Shown here in pieces: positions 51,101 to 57,185 of a stretch of DNA of 64,000 bases. Below the pieces are notes generated by a model that was not told the DNA's origin, did no database searches, and saw only the letters and a list, made by a program, of their open reading frames with translations. The translations under genes were made by a program, and so were the position numbers. Numbering within the stretch: position 1 is the stretch's first letter; the number at the start of each line of letters is the position of its first letter. This DNA comes from a virus (Duplodnaviria; Heunggongvirae; Uroviricota; Caudoviricetes), in the IMG/VR virus record IMGVR_UViG_3300028886_000031, positions 64,001-128,000 of that record. The stretch is one strand, 5' to 3'.

Positions 51101-51225
51101 CCGCCAATTCCATCGCTAATTCTACTTAGAATTGATTTTTGTGATTTTATTTCATTGCTTACATTATTTAATCCACTAGCAATTTTATCAAAATCTGCTT
51201 GATCTGAATTGTTAAAACTATTCAT
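39163..51225 (-). CDS. Giant tape-measure-like virion protein (4020 aa)
   Basis: Helical Gly/Ala-rich segments, a hydrophobic stretch (AFISLAGLVALYAAPLTAGTSLLITAAL), GEAGPE and repeated (F/Y)AxGG motifs, S/N-rich C-terminus, position in the tail module. Confidence 0.75.
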   Translation of the reverse strand: MNSFNNSDQADFDKIASGLNNVSNEIKSQKSILSRISDGIGGVGSIVKSGIASVGRGANRIYQANKQDFGPDTNEMKKMVANAAVGPIGAAIQQAMNNAGISFSGMIKKSISSVMNSFHGHGSKGLNLDRLEKIEQNGVQLQGQELQAINSGTAKQIQNDNANTSKIITSINSLEDSLSGKGNRRNGQGASRGDRPVTVSELRTILASSPKQNNGSGGSGGMSVGRSPGSLSSIQGRVATGQNNPADVAALLCELIKTQKEFAQNFTDPNAPKGGGILHTLWDLGKDLTGINLLFSGRYAKDIKRSPNPMETITDALIKIYEWERIGIDLSRRQLNEIIKAVGGAPQKYVGHEGVATTVLKRAAGKLKQSYDDSSFAKIPILGKLGKAGLNLGSFFLGFNDEDWKDQMSAKWYNTLTGNRRENKHLNNDHRVNEFRDAVFGSDVDYAGYGKIQRKKIMKFKGEDNVKYDQVLKDPDIARSLRDLNTINTHPDLSDKDRKKFLKEATKNLRQSIKAAEDEYGISGLMDHITEITGLGGGFLGTGHSLFGKWYKPGHQTLEKGKTFDLKDFLSNSAQKDDDAYYKELEELKKQWETEKDPQKKHQAGIKLVKAHDEAQKRLEVGKENTVKKVGDSIIPVTIVQPNQLILSALRSKIKGVPQQNFNVFKDQLAALQNIKDILEGKGVAGGVVTSPSEAAADVKEGGGDVEDVLNGDSSGQVTVEQQHLEHEEKVISLLENVVSNTDSLSIRSGGKGSEEGGLFSGLMSSIGDTLKGIGGFMMNHPLLSAAGGAAIWALFKKMTSNDNAMPNLKNPNTFEGSVLKNMINDPLKTLETAFLPRVLKSGKAGWVAPLIESYKIWQNANKGDYHKSAQGANLLYNFMANPKAGALISLSQFLGAGPLQQYLEQNMDYVVNDPILGEHKVSLQLPADDVYEGATNMFLDTARGYSVAKKYMDFAKLGSSGTTFTNIKNLQKIFDILKNRHPLMYRNLALTAEGSLMRMRPGSVPTAATNLEATAFRTAAQGEVVRGVGKTGKILGIAGGLLEGGMYGVQAYNEFKQGNIGYGLTKSAQAFISLAGLVALYAAPLTAGTSLLITAALTAAQFIIDSIVTCFKIKDKIEAQNDCENVRKMFLDVNFWTRENIKHVKEFDKVLIKYKDKQNEQLECIKELSNVYKAYLSEVGIINKISSYSWRSDKEFLDEYKELIAKIKQLTLLIKINGGNDPKISKKDYEKKTNAVSLKWDSKEVQNMFAQFYKNWVLNRENKSTQINIDERTDEDKEITEIFDPSYNNDMDFLSHSDIPTEQKDYFISRRELINRNRIARYKSFNKKQQEYLKQRKLTQYASLTSYDEDNPNISNLEELTLPSNTDTHYNVARIAISSDKFLSKIESNTAAGFKELNIQTINTEYTKFFRKENLIRSAENISIHNAYISDALSDKEFTKKIKEEYPEILSFNNSLNPDNWVPNFNYFMYHIRDAQGPQFDKVNKLVKKICDEHNILQGKRWPKFGENYIVNPQFKNAIFKTFKANCINDYTGSTLVNQMEAVSPQYTIRLRSIWTNNDINCIDTYTATYGVLYEYFEENYLNYLRTLGKNGWRQKFNKEEADTIRTKQPMPLYVIAYAQTMLIRRYMEYIISSGQIANSDYVKASKSFIIPDNNTASRQRVSKYLLALQQNGNDKNSALYKLKEKATFRLLGTDNVLEGHFNPQAKGQGRFESLDLETRGGYLSNIIQSARDIEETFGINLQNPEHMDSVGGILFQSVLDNDELSDDLIEALNMPLENRSKALETVRIKALQKFENAELTPEKLTSDIEKLLLDKAAKFPKQQTTEEDVESAKKELEEYAAKSSTENTQALANNTIAVESNNEQLISINETLRDIKTYTLSKEAMVYDRNIFMRSVEEQVRALEESGATKEQIASLLPAIYKIAATKPNSINMEEEQSSEKNSEVSPSNPTPSQNAAGGVTTEFSKQARYEPEDNAIWGEAGPEYRFTNLLGKGSHFYLPATYRPGNMLAKITEATAAKLNAEGSYNAFGPHDQEGRDAIEAISTEVAKNFKHVGFKPSELEMFKTGGGTTPRDGSENSSPEQTTANATNVIAKEEVKGNKYLKEMSDKLDKLVDTLQDLPLKQWGQKGLDAAKDLGVKAKDAISGLLEPDFEWTDFHSRAGKYITSKVEDKELENELTQEIERLKEEENSLRASAENGDPNGSPERLKQIQKELEYLEGKKDKDGNIVKGTGILGARKKYLSDKPISGDSRELFSSLNANVLSRYGRDKNDNRTVVSTVIDLMNPEQRLALNRARTKKANGGQLTKEELKTIEELSKLEYTFNGDEAQYVHSLFEDENFDLRKFSQDYRDGKIKRPKFDEKVSEFLQSNTTKEPLISALNEDKQLQEEASIYYGSEAEEPDREAPSVYEQKKAELEKREKEGPKNRIEAGEIEQLRSEVEDMGRPTPEFPFSENESDTPKPPSVDAGKKTAFSRKDRTEISLIKKNVIYPALEKNVDKFITEDHITRNKVGSAEYEEYVKQLLDANGIMDEDAREHIEAQAQDIWSTVLIKKRREVEKKLGLSENAELPKKLPKSAGVTQTAASIKPKVEAKLIKPELIGIKPPEVKLSSVPNIPEPVADPFADKENGVHKSIHKLEDRFRKYAEDNQYKLKSHLSDQDIQKSEFIKDGLEKNSKYFEEHPEEKALYDKYTDIQRLEELAKKEKLSPEETKELESLKTKYKIPLENLSYTAGLNGLQSTDEKTSLLLDRFQGNVWSHDKNEVGLGFKYKSDLKDIFTQFAQTNKGKQLSAFRDQYLQYAQGRYDEDYKLDRIKELKEKYKGLKTNFSLKDIFFTDYKMSGPGIYRNPERFLEDRRRDLNQLEFKEIMEGDGGQKSTAYVGGRYGKESKEYQEALKREQEIKAKYANMWKELEEFYTLQDAYDRHLPSANDFNYTQDSVYFEPTNGMNMRHYGEDFLKLHPEFASQVKYEKGSLFHKATVSMDEPYVSTAELKARLNQMGGTKTPPTDNKSSSQAVGEAAGMAKAVAESPIVKEKTAANKPIAPLSELASNASDELRSEAEARDIDGNPMDEKRYEQEKGIADAMANQVGVIEAAGGLLVNSPEKKKDKNTKKFAKGGLTEGLPDPNKPTFINYDVTTISEEHTRNGKLVSSSSNSIDNSKTNITQNSLTKNSPRSTQTKKSNDWILNQTHNGLTEKDIEKLSDSELEQKYYYCLYNVGGRKNAGITSNRLMAKLDEEYRIRQWKKSQDPATAFLHPVAPGYVLNTSSTEIVPHNWSSYNYPEYVRKAVQEKYGGDLPTRDFLNEVLRDRRYSIAEENGLNADDMRDNDRILYLMSKEFNEDVLRNIISRDFNHDDSVGGDTGKFSIENDIAKMFMKKQLYDLAIKMGRKDPYEFINNITTGTGKASFHENYLEILKAAGSPQIYDLKFDGDSYKAVMKEFKPRTYFANGGSTSTNSTSNAINTISSLVADNLNNVAQFAEGGLSNNIYDFISSSSNSSSISSITDNLYKNPEISKFEIERYAEGGYTDVSTKVTKFKGNTATKIRELSKLAKESASEAFKEYQSSQNYFEAKENATKKFLDDNRELLLQFPEYNRGTISDILIRKLNSNFEMLVLDSLGYKGGPNRLMFTEKGTAYLAGGNNDRSALEKEREIYEKEMAKMTGSSSSSTSVSNTANNVKNEVTNNNSTSNITSINAESKTAPNSDVAVSEFRSNIQASTSSESNSSNSSSSSLSSSAKSVAQISQSDEQEYFKYLQENVKSIASKYSAKKTGTRSLYSIRDYQKLLDEKLKKDHPDWTPKMITNSRNQILSKYAQDIYNQHMQIINSSNNVSGANNDMGSKVSQAISTTSSSFGSLFSNMLNSGSNIINKTGSSISNGITGIVNSTNNARNSIMNGIQSTFNTAGNAISNVGASVSNGIQKGVAIINGEIVPNYNVNPRIMALNTESMSTVSQSRTTEGTSEQIEKQLQKSIQAINSSNINIVKNITSGGSQHGGTVINNYDVDQTYRMIESVGIVK

Positions 51226-51227
51226 AT

Positions 51228-52214
51228 TTATAAAGATCCTAAGAATTTATAATATTTACTATGTTTATAGTAATATTGACTTGATACACTAACGATCTCA
51301 CTTGGAAAAATAAGTTCTTGATATATTAAAGTATTATCTTTCCATGGGTCCTTAGAGAAAACTCTAACGTATGCTTCTCTAAAGCAATTAATTATAGTGG
51401 CGTTATCAGGACTTCTCCAAGTTCCAGCTATTCTGCCACTAAATATATCTTTAGCTAATACTGCAATTTTAGTTGCAATTTTTGCAGATAAATCACTTTC
51501 GCAACCACATTGTTCTAAAAGCATTCCAAACTTTTCACCGATTGCTTTACAATCTGTGGCTGATGTAGCACAACCAGCACATGAATATAGATATTCGTGG
51601 TTATATATTAAATATTGAACAAGATATTTAATTCCATTATCTGGTTCTAGGAGATTTTTGACAATTGTTTTATCTTTTCCAGTTAATGAGTTCCATGCTG
51701 ATCTAAAACCTCCCGTGTAAGCCTTATACAAACATGCGCAAAAATATCCATAAAAAGAATATAATTCATTTTCCCAAAGTTTTATAAACTCACTTGTGAA
51801 ATTAAAACAATACATGTGTTGAAGTTCATGTACAGTTGTAAACATGATAGGAAGACTTCCGGCACCCATTAACCTCTGAACATTATCCATTAATATATAA
51901 AGTCTGTTCTGTTTAGATGTATAGAATCCAAGAACATTTTCATATTCTTTGGCATTCATACAAGCATCACCTTTGAGGTTTTTATTAAGCATCCTTATAA
52001 AGTCCTCTGTACATTCTACTGGAACAATTCTCTCTTTGTTTATTAGCTTAATAATTTCATTAACAATGGAACTACTTAGATGTTTAGACAGCATATCTAT
52101 GTATTTCTTTTTAACATCTAGATTTGTCACCATTTTTGGTGAAACAGGAATCATTCTCTTAAAGGTAAAAGATAAACCTTTAGAAACACCATCAGTTGTA
52201 GAAATAATTTTCAT
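51228..52214 (-). CDS. Putative zincin-like metallopeptidase
   Basis: LGFY..LYI followed by TTVHELQH (HExxH) and a downstream Glu (PSE). Confidence 0.6.
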   Translation of the reverse strand: MKIISTTDGVSKGLSFTFKRMIPVSPKMVTNLDVKKKYIDMLSKHLSSSIVNEIIKLINKERIVPVECTEDFIRMLNKNLKGDACMNAKEYENVLGFYTSKQNRLYILMDNVQRLMGAGSLPIMFTTVHELQHMYCFNFTSEFIKLWENELYSFYGYFCACLYKAYTGGFRSAWNSLTGKDKTIVKNLLEPDNGIKYLVQYLIYNHEYLYSCAGCATSATDCKAIGEKFGMLLEQCGCESDLSAKIATKIAVLAKDIFSGRIAGTWRSPDNATIINCFREAYVRVFSKDPWKDNTLIYQELIFPSEIVSVSSQYYYKHSKYYKFLGSL

Positions 52215-52291
52215 TGTCTAATAAAACCACAAATAAATGTTTAAATTTATTCGTGAATATTATCAGTATAAAACTAATGGTTCTTTAACAT

Positions 52292-55200
52292 CTATAGATC
52301 TTCACTTTCATTCCAGCTCTCTGGAATAGATTCAATTTCATATTCACTTTCCGGATAACTTTCATTCCAAGATTCAGGAATAGATTCCTTCCAACTTTCA
52401 TTCCAACTCTCGTATTCACTTTCCGGATAACTTTCAGATTCATTCCAGCTCTCCGATTCTGTGTCGTCATCGTATATTTCAATATAGCGTGTTTCAAGAA
52501 GATTCCAGTCCATATACACTAAATTATTAGTACCTTTTATTCTTGTTATCGAATTGCCATATTTATCAATAAAATTAATTATTATACTAGAACTTGAAAC
52601 GAAATTCAAATTACTGTAATATATTTTATCGGAATTTATATATAAGTTATCATATGGATATAAAGGATAGTCCTTTGCATATGTTTTTATGGACATTGTA
52701 ACATACTGCTGTGAATAATTACTTACATATATCTTTTCGTACTCAGATTCACTCTCGACATCGGGATAACTCTCAGATTCACTCCAGCTCTCCATAGATT
52801 CGGATTCATTCCAACTTTCCGGATAACTTTCGGATTCATTCCAGCTCTCTGGAATAGATTCAATTTCATATTCACTTTCCGGATAACTTTCATTCCAAGA
52901 TTCCGGAATAGATTCTTTCCCGCTTTCGTATCCACTTTCCGGATAACTTTCAGATTCACTCCAGCTTTCATATCCACTTTCCGGATAACTTTCGGATTCA
53001 CTCCAGCTTTCATTCCAACTTTCTGGATAACTTTCACTTTCACTTTCTATATAATTTGGTCCAAATCTAAATGCTGGTCTAGAATAATAACAATAGGTAG
53101 GAGACGGAGTTTCCATTAAATTTCCGCCATTACTTAATAATATAACTTGAGATGAATTTTGTACATTACTTAATGTTCTGGTAAAACATGTTCTATCCGT
53201 AAAACAATCTGGATACTCTATTCCAGTCCACATTTTGTTATAAAAGATAACAGAATCACCAAAATACTTTTTGGTTCTATTAACATTACCTATTCCAGTA
53301 TAAGTATATTTTAAACCAAATAATTCAGATACAGATGGTATAAATATCTTATCATCTATTATATTTCCATCGTAATGACTATTTCTATCATTTCTCTGAT
53401 ATAAGGTACAATTGACTAAATATCTATTATTTATTAAGTATCTAAATTCTTTAAAATAACTTCCATCTTCTTGTAAAGTTTCAAATATTCCATAATATTG
53501 CACACTCGAATTATAAGTACGAGCTGTATTATATACATTACCATTCCAGTTGTTTCCGTCGGCATATCCTTTTGTATAATAAGTTCCATTATAAAATTCT
53601 GTTTCTGTAATTGTTACTGGAGTTATATAACCTTCTATGTAAAGAGGTTCTCCTGAATTATATTGGTAATTGTTCAACTTTGTAAATGAGTCAGAAGATG
53701 AATTATAAGAATATAAATCACAGTTTTTATTATTATGATATTTTAGTTCATTACTAGCAAGAATTCCGCCGATTGTTCCATTATCGGAAAATTTTAATCC
53801 AGATATAGTTGTGAATATTTTGCTGTCTTTTTCCAAAAAATCTAATCGTAAATGTGAATATTTATATCCATTGTGTTTTAGAATTTCCTGTTGTGAGCCA
53901 TTACTTAATATAATATATTGAGATTTCATAAAGGTTAATAGAGGAGATTTTTTATCATCACACGCCCAGAACTGAACACTCTCTGTTCCATTTCCGTTAT
54001 CAAAGAACTCTGTTATAAAAAATTTTTCATTGTAATATAAACTATTTGGATCTTCAGTAAATGTCCAAACATCTCTTAAACTGAACATTTTGCTAGAAAT
54101 ACCATAACAACAGGAGTCGTATATATCTTTAGCAGAGGTGCTACTTAAATTACGACCTTTAACACGAACAACTCCTTTATCAGTAATTTGTACAATTTTT
54201 GACCATGTTATTACATTGTTGGTTGCTGTTATTGTATAAGTACCTAGACTTGGAAGTTGAAATTCCAAATCACATTGTAATTCAGATGTAGTATCTGTTA
54301 ATATTATCTGATTATTGTAAGTTACACTTACTTGGTATCCAGGCAATTCAGCAACTCTAATAATATAAGGATTTGAAGCTTCTAATGTACCAGTTACGCC
54401 TAAAATTGTAACATCTTTTTTAATATTTTCTGGTTGAATATTTGAATCTACAGAAGACGTAACTGGATTAACAATAACTCTGTGTAAGAAAGATTGATTT
54501 ACACCGTTACAATAACAGCATGTTTGACCTAATATATTATTTTCCGCATTTGAAATACTGTTTCCTGGACGATATGTTCTAATTTTACCATCACTTGTTA
54601 CCATGACATTAACATACATTCCATTATAGTTATCCCACATTGTAAACATATGAGGAAAACTGCCTGAAGTTCCACTTACTTTGGTCCAAGTTAATCCATC
54701 ATTAGTGGATTTATAAATTCCATTTCCATTGCCAGATCCAGCGAAAATCCAGCCATATCCAGAACAAAATGATGTAAACTCACCTGTTATTTGAGATGTT
54801 TGTTCCCATGTTATACCGTAGTCTGTAGATCTATATATTCCATTGCTTCCAATTCCAGCGACTGCTATTCCATTTTCTGCACTATGTATAGCTTTTACGA
54901 CACCGGAAGTTATATTACTTTGATTAATACTAGATCCATTTGATTTTGCATAATATATTCCAGATCCATTTGTTCCGATTAAAAAATTCACATTAGAATC
55001 ACCGCTATTTTGTTTCTCTATTGGTATTAGAGATGTTGCCAAGACAGATGATACTTTAGTAAAATTGTTATTATAACTATAATAAATTCCGTCAGAACGA
55101 GCTGCTAAGAGGTATGTGTACATAGTAGAAGTAATTATAGATAATGCTATAATAGAACATTGTAGATCATTATATAGATTCCATGTAATACCATTATCAT

Positions 55201-56692
55201 TCGAATAATAAATTCCATTATTACTTGCAGCAAATATCTTATCACCTTGTTTTGTTATAGAATGAAAATTAATATCTGTTGTAAATTGAAGATTTGAATT
55301 AATTGCATATCCATAGCTATTTACATTATAAATTCCAGGTGAATTGGAGAGACAAACAAGAGCATCGGAATGATTGCTGGCTATTTGTTGATTAGAAGTT
55401 GGATCTATAGTTAGACTTATTGGTCTAAGTTTTGATGTAATAACTTTAGAAAATCCTACATCAGAGGACTTTGGTATATAGCTCATCGTGCCAGCGCAAG
55501 GGAGTGCCCTTATGTTAACTTCCGACGTTGGAACATTCAATTTAAAAGGTCTAATAGAGTCATATCCTGTAAGTTCTATATATTTTAATCCAGAACCAGA
55601 AGAATTAGAATCACCATAATAGAGTCTATTATTGAAAATAAATCCAGCTGTACCATATGATTGTTTATAACAAGACCAATCTTCACCATTTGTAGATGTT
55701 GCAACTCCAAGAGGATATTGGTTCCCTGATCCAATTAGACAATATAATATATTGTTGTTAGACATACAATAAGATGTCCATGTAGCCGATTGATTATTAG
55801 AATTGAAATAACTAATGTCAAAGCTAGTAGATTTAGTCCAAGTTATTCCATCTGCTGAATAGAATATACCAGCAAAACCAATAAATAAAAATTTATTTTT
55901 TAAATATTGTATTTTAAATGTCGTAGACATCAAAACACCACCAGATATATCTTCAATATTACATTGTGTCCAAGTGCTTAAATTACTTGAATAATATAAT
56001 TTTCTACCAGTTCCTAAAGAATAATTCATTAATACATACTTATTATCACCATAACATATATTGTAATTATAATTGGATAGACTATATTCGTTCCAATTTG
56101 TAAGATTATTCGACCATATTATTTTATCCTTCATGGATACAATGATATTATCTTCATCCGATGTTATATCATATATATAATTAAAAGTATAAGAGGAATC
56201 ATCTTTTGTCCAGCTAGTTCCATTATCCGAGTAATAATAGTATGTTGATTTTGTATTATTAAGTATAGCAAAATATTTATTTAGATTCTGGACATATATT
56301 ATTTTTTTAATTGTTGTAGCATTACTATCACTAAATGTTGCTCGATTCCAGTTTGTTGTATTTGTAGAATAATATAAGCCATTAGAAGTAGACACGAATA
56401 TTATATCATTTATAATAGTGGCATAATATATGGGCCAATTAGACACGACATCTACAGAATTTCCAGATGTTAATGTTGGAATTATATATGCTGTAGAATC
56501 TGAAGATAAATCATTTTTAGTTATAGTTAAATTTTTTATATCTTCTGGATTAGCTGAATTAATACTGCTAATGGTTTCTGGAAGGTTAGCAGTTATTTTA
56601 TTTTGTGGAATTGTAGCATTTTTTGACTCACATGCAGCATAGGCAGCTTCAATTCTATCTTTTAAATTATTTATAGCACTAGCGATACTCAT
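52292..56692 (-). CDS. Tail fibre/receptor-binding protein with Asp-box beta-propellers and acidic repeat tail
   Basis: Many YSxDxGxTW Asp-box repeats, NIQPENIKKDVTILGVTG linker, DKIFIPSVSE..RPAF domain and C-terminal ESESYPESWN repeats. Confidence 0.8.
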   Translation of the reverse strand: MSIASAINNLKDRIEAAYAACESKNATIPQNKITANLPETISSINSANPEDIKNLTITKNDLSSDSTAYIIPTLTSGNSVDVVSNWPIYYATIINDIIFVSTSNGLYYSTNTTNWNRATFSDSNATTIKKIIYVQNLNKYFAILNNTKSTYYYYSDNGTSWTKDDSSYTFNYIYDITSDEDNIIVSMKDKIIWSNNLTNWNEYSLSNYNYNICYGDNKYVLMNYSLGTGRKLYYSSNLSTWTQCNIEDISGGVLMSTTFKIQYLKNKFLFIGFAGIFYSADGITWTKSTSFDISYFNSNNQSATWTSYCMSNNNILYCLIGSGNQYPLGVATSTNGEDWSCYKQSYGTAGFIFNNRLYYGDSNSSGSGLKYIELTGYDSIRPFKLNVPTSEVNIRALPCAGTMSYIPKSSDVGFSKVITSKLRPISLTIDPTSNQQIASNHSDALVCLSNSPGIYNVNSYGYAINSNLQFTTDINFHSITKQGDKIFAASNNGIYYSNDNGITWNLYNDLQCSIIALSIITSTMYTYLLAARSDGIYYSYNNNFTKVSSVLATSLIPIEKQNSGDSNVNFLIGTNGSGIYYAKSNGSSINQSNITSGVVKAIHSAENGIAVAGIGSNGIYRSTDYGITWEQTSQITGEFTSFCSGYGWIFAGSGNGNGIYKSTNDGLTWTKVSGTSGSFPHMFTMWDNYNGMYVNVMVTSDGKIRTYRPGNSISNAENNILGQTCCYCNGVNQSFLHRVIVNPVTSSVDSNIQPENIKKDVTILGVTGTLEASNPYIIRVAELPGYQVSVTYNNQIILTDTTSELQCDLEFQLPSLGTYTITATNNVITWSKIVQITDKGVVRVKGRNLSSTSAKDIYDSCCYGISSKMFSLRDVWTFTEDPNSLYYNEKFFITEFFDNGNGTESVQFWACDDKKSPLLTFMKSQYIILSNGSQQEILKHNGYKYSHLRLDFLEKDSKIFTTISGLKFSDNGTIGGILASNELKYHNNKNCDLYSYNSSSDSFTKLNNYQYNSGEPLYIEGYITPVTITETEFYNGTYYTKGYADGNNWNGNVYNTARTYNSSVQYYGIFETLQEDGSYFKEFRYLINNRYLVNCTLYQRNDRNSHYDGNIIDDKIFIPSVSELFGLKYTYTGIGNVNRTKKYFGDSVIFYNKMWTGIEYPDCFTDRTCFTRTLSNVQNSSQVILLSNGGNLMETPSPTYCYYSRPAFRFGPNYIESESESYPESWNESWSESESYPESGYESWSESESYPESGYESGKESIPESWNESYPESEYEIESIPESWNESESYPESWNESESMESWSESESYPDVESESEYEKIYVSNYSQQYVTMSIKTYAKDYPLYPYDNLYINSDKIYYSNLNFVSSSSIIINFIDKYGNSITRIKGTNNLVYMDWNLLETRYIEIYDDDTESESWNESESYPESEYESWNESWKESIPESWNESYPESEYEIESIPESWNESEDL
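52302..53045 (-). repeat. Two arrays of ESESYPESW(N/S) coding repeats including an 81-nt direct duplication
   Basis: Arrays at about 52302-52458 and 52740-53045; 52307-52387 and 52835-52915 differ at one position by my reading. Confidence 0.9.
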
Positions 56693-56694
56693 AT

Positions 56695-57036
56695 TTAGAT
56701 TCCATTTATAATTGTTTCTAGATCACCAAGAGTATCTTCAAACTCTTGTCTTGTTACATAATCATTTAAATCTGATGTTAAAGAAATTGTTCCATTTTTA
56801 GATGGAAGGTTATATGTATAGGTTCCATTTGATATCTTGGATACAATCGCATCATTTAACTTTACAAATGGAGTATTGGCATAAGTCGAACCATTACCAA
56901 TTTTAAACCCAATAGTCCCATCAGAATATCTAACAACAATTAACTCTTTATTGGCAATTATTGTGTTAGGATGTGTATTCCAGTTGTTTTCTGTATCTGT
57001 CCTAAGTTTAATTTGGACTTTGATTTGTTGTGCCAT
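56695..57036 (-). CDS. Small protein with Mtd_N/hyaluronidase-N-like fibre attachment domain
   Basis: IKLRTDT..NW..II..E..GFKIGNG..P motif. Confidence 0.7.
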   Translation of the reverse strand: MAQQIKVQIKLRTDTENNWNTHPNTIIANKELIVVRYSDGTIGFKIGNGSTYANTPFVKLNDAIVSKISNGTYTYNLPSKNGTISLTSDLNDYVTRQEFEDTLGDLETIINGI

Positions 57037-57071
57037 AAAATATCTAAACCTCTCTATTTATAAAAAATAAC

Positions 57072-57179
57072 TAATTACTCTGGTTAGCATAGATATATTT
57101 CACTCTATGCTAACTCAGAATAATTAATAGATTATATCTTTCACTGTATTTAAATTTAATTTAAAACAGTGAAAGATAT
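57072..57179. terminator. Two tandem long inverted repeats in the intergenic region
   Basis: GTTAGCATAGA/TCTATGCTAAC (extended to 57072-57126) and ATATCTTTCACTGT/ACAGTGAAAGATAT (57134-57179). Confidence 0.7.
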
Positions 57180-57185
57180 TTCTTT

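Noticed and set aside
52302-53045. Repeat array as a possible CRISPR array
   Set aside because: The repeats are in-frame coding units with no unique spacers, and no cas genes are present.
53060-53400. DKIFIPSVSE..RPAF domain resembles the C-type-lectin-like folds targeted by diversity-generating retroelements
   Set aside because: No reverse transcriptase and no second near-identical copy differing at adenines was seen in the window, and the domain is not C-terminal.
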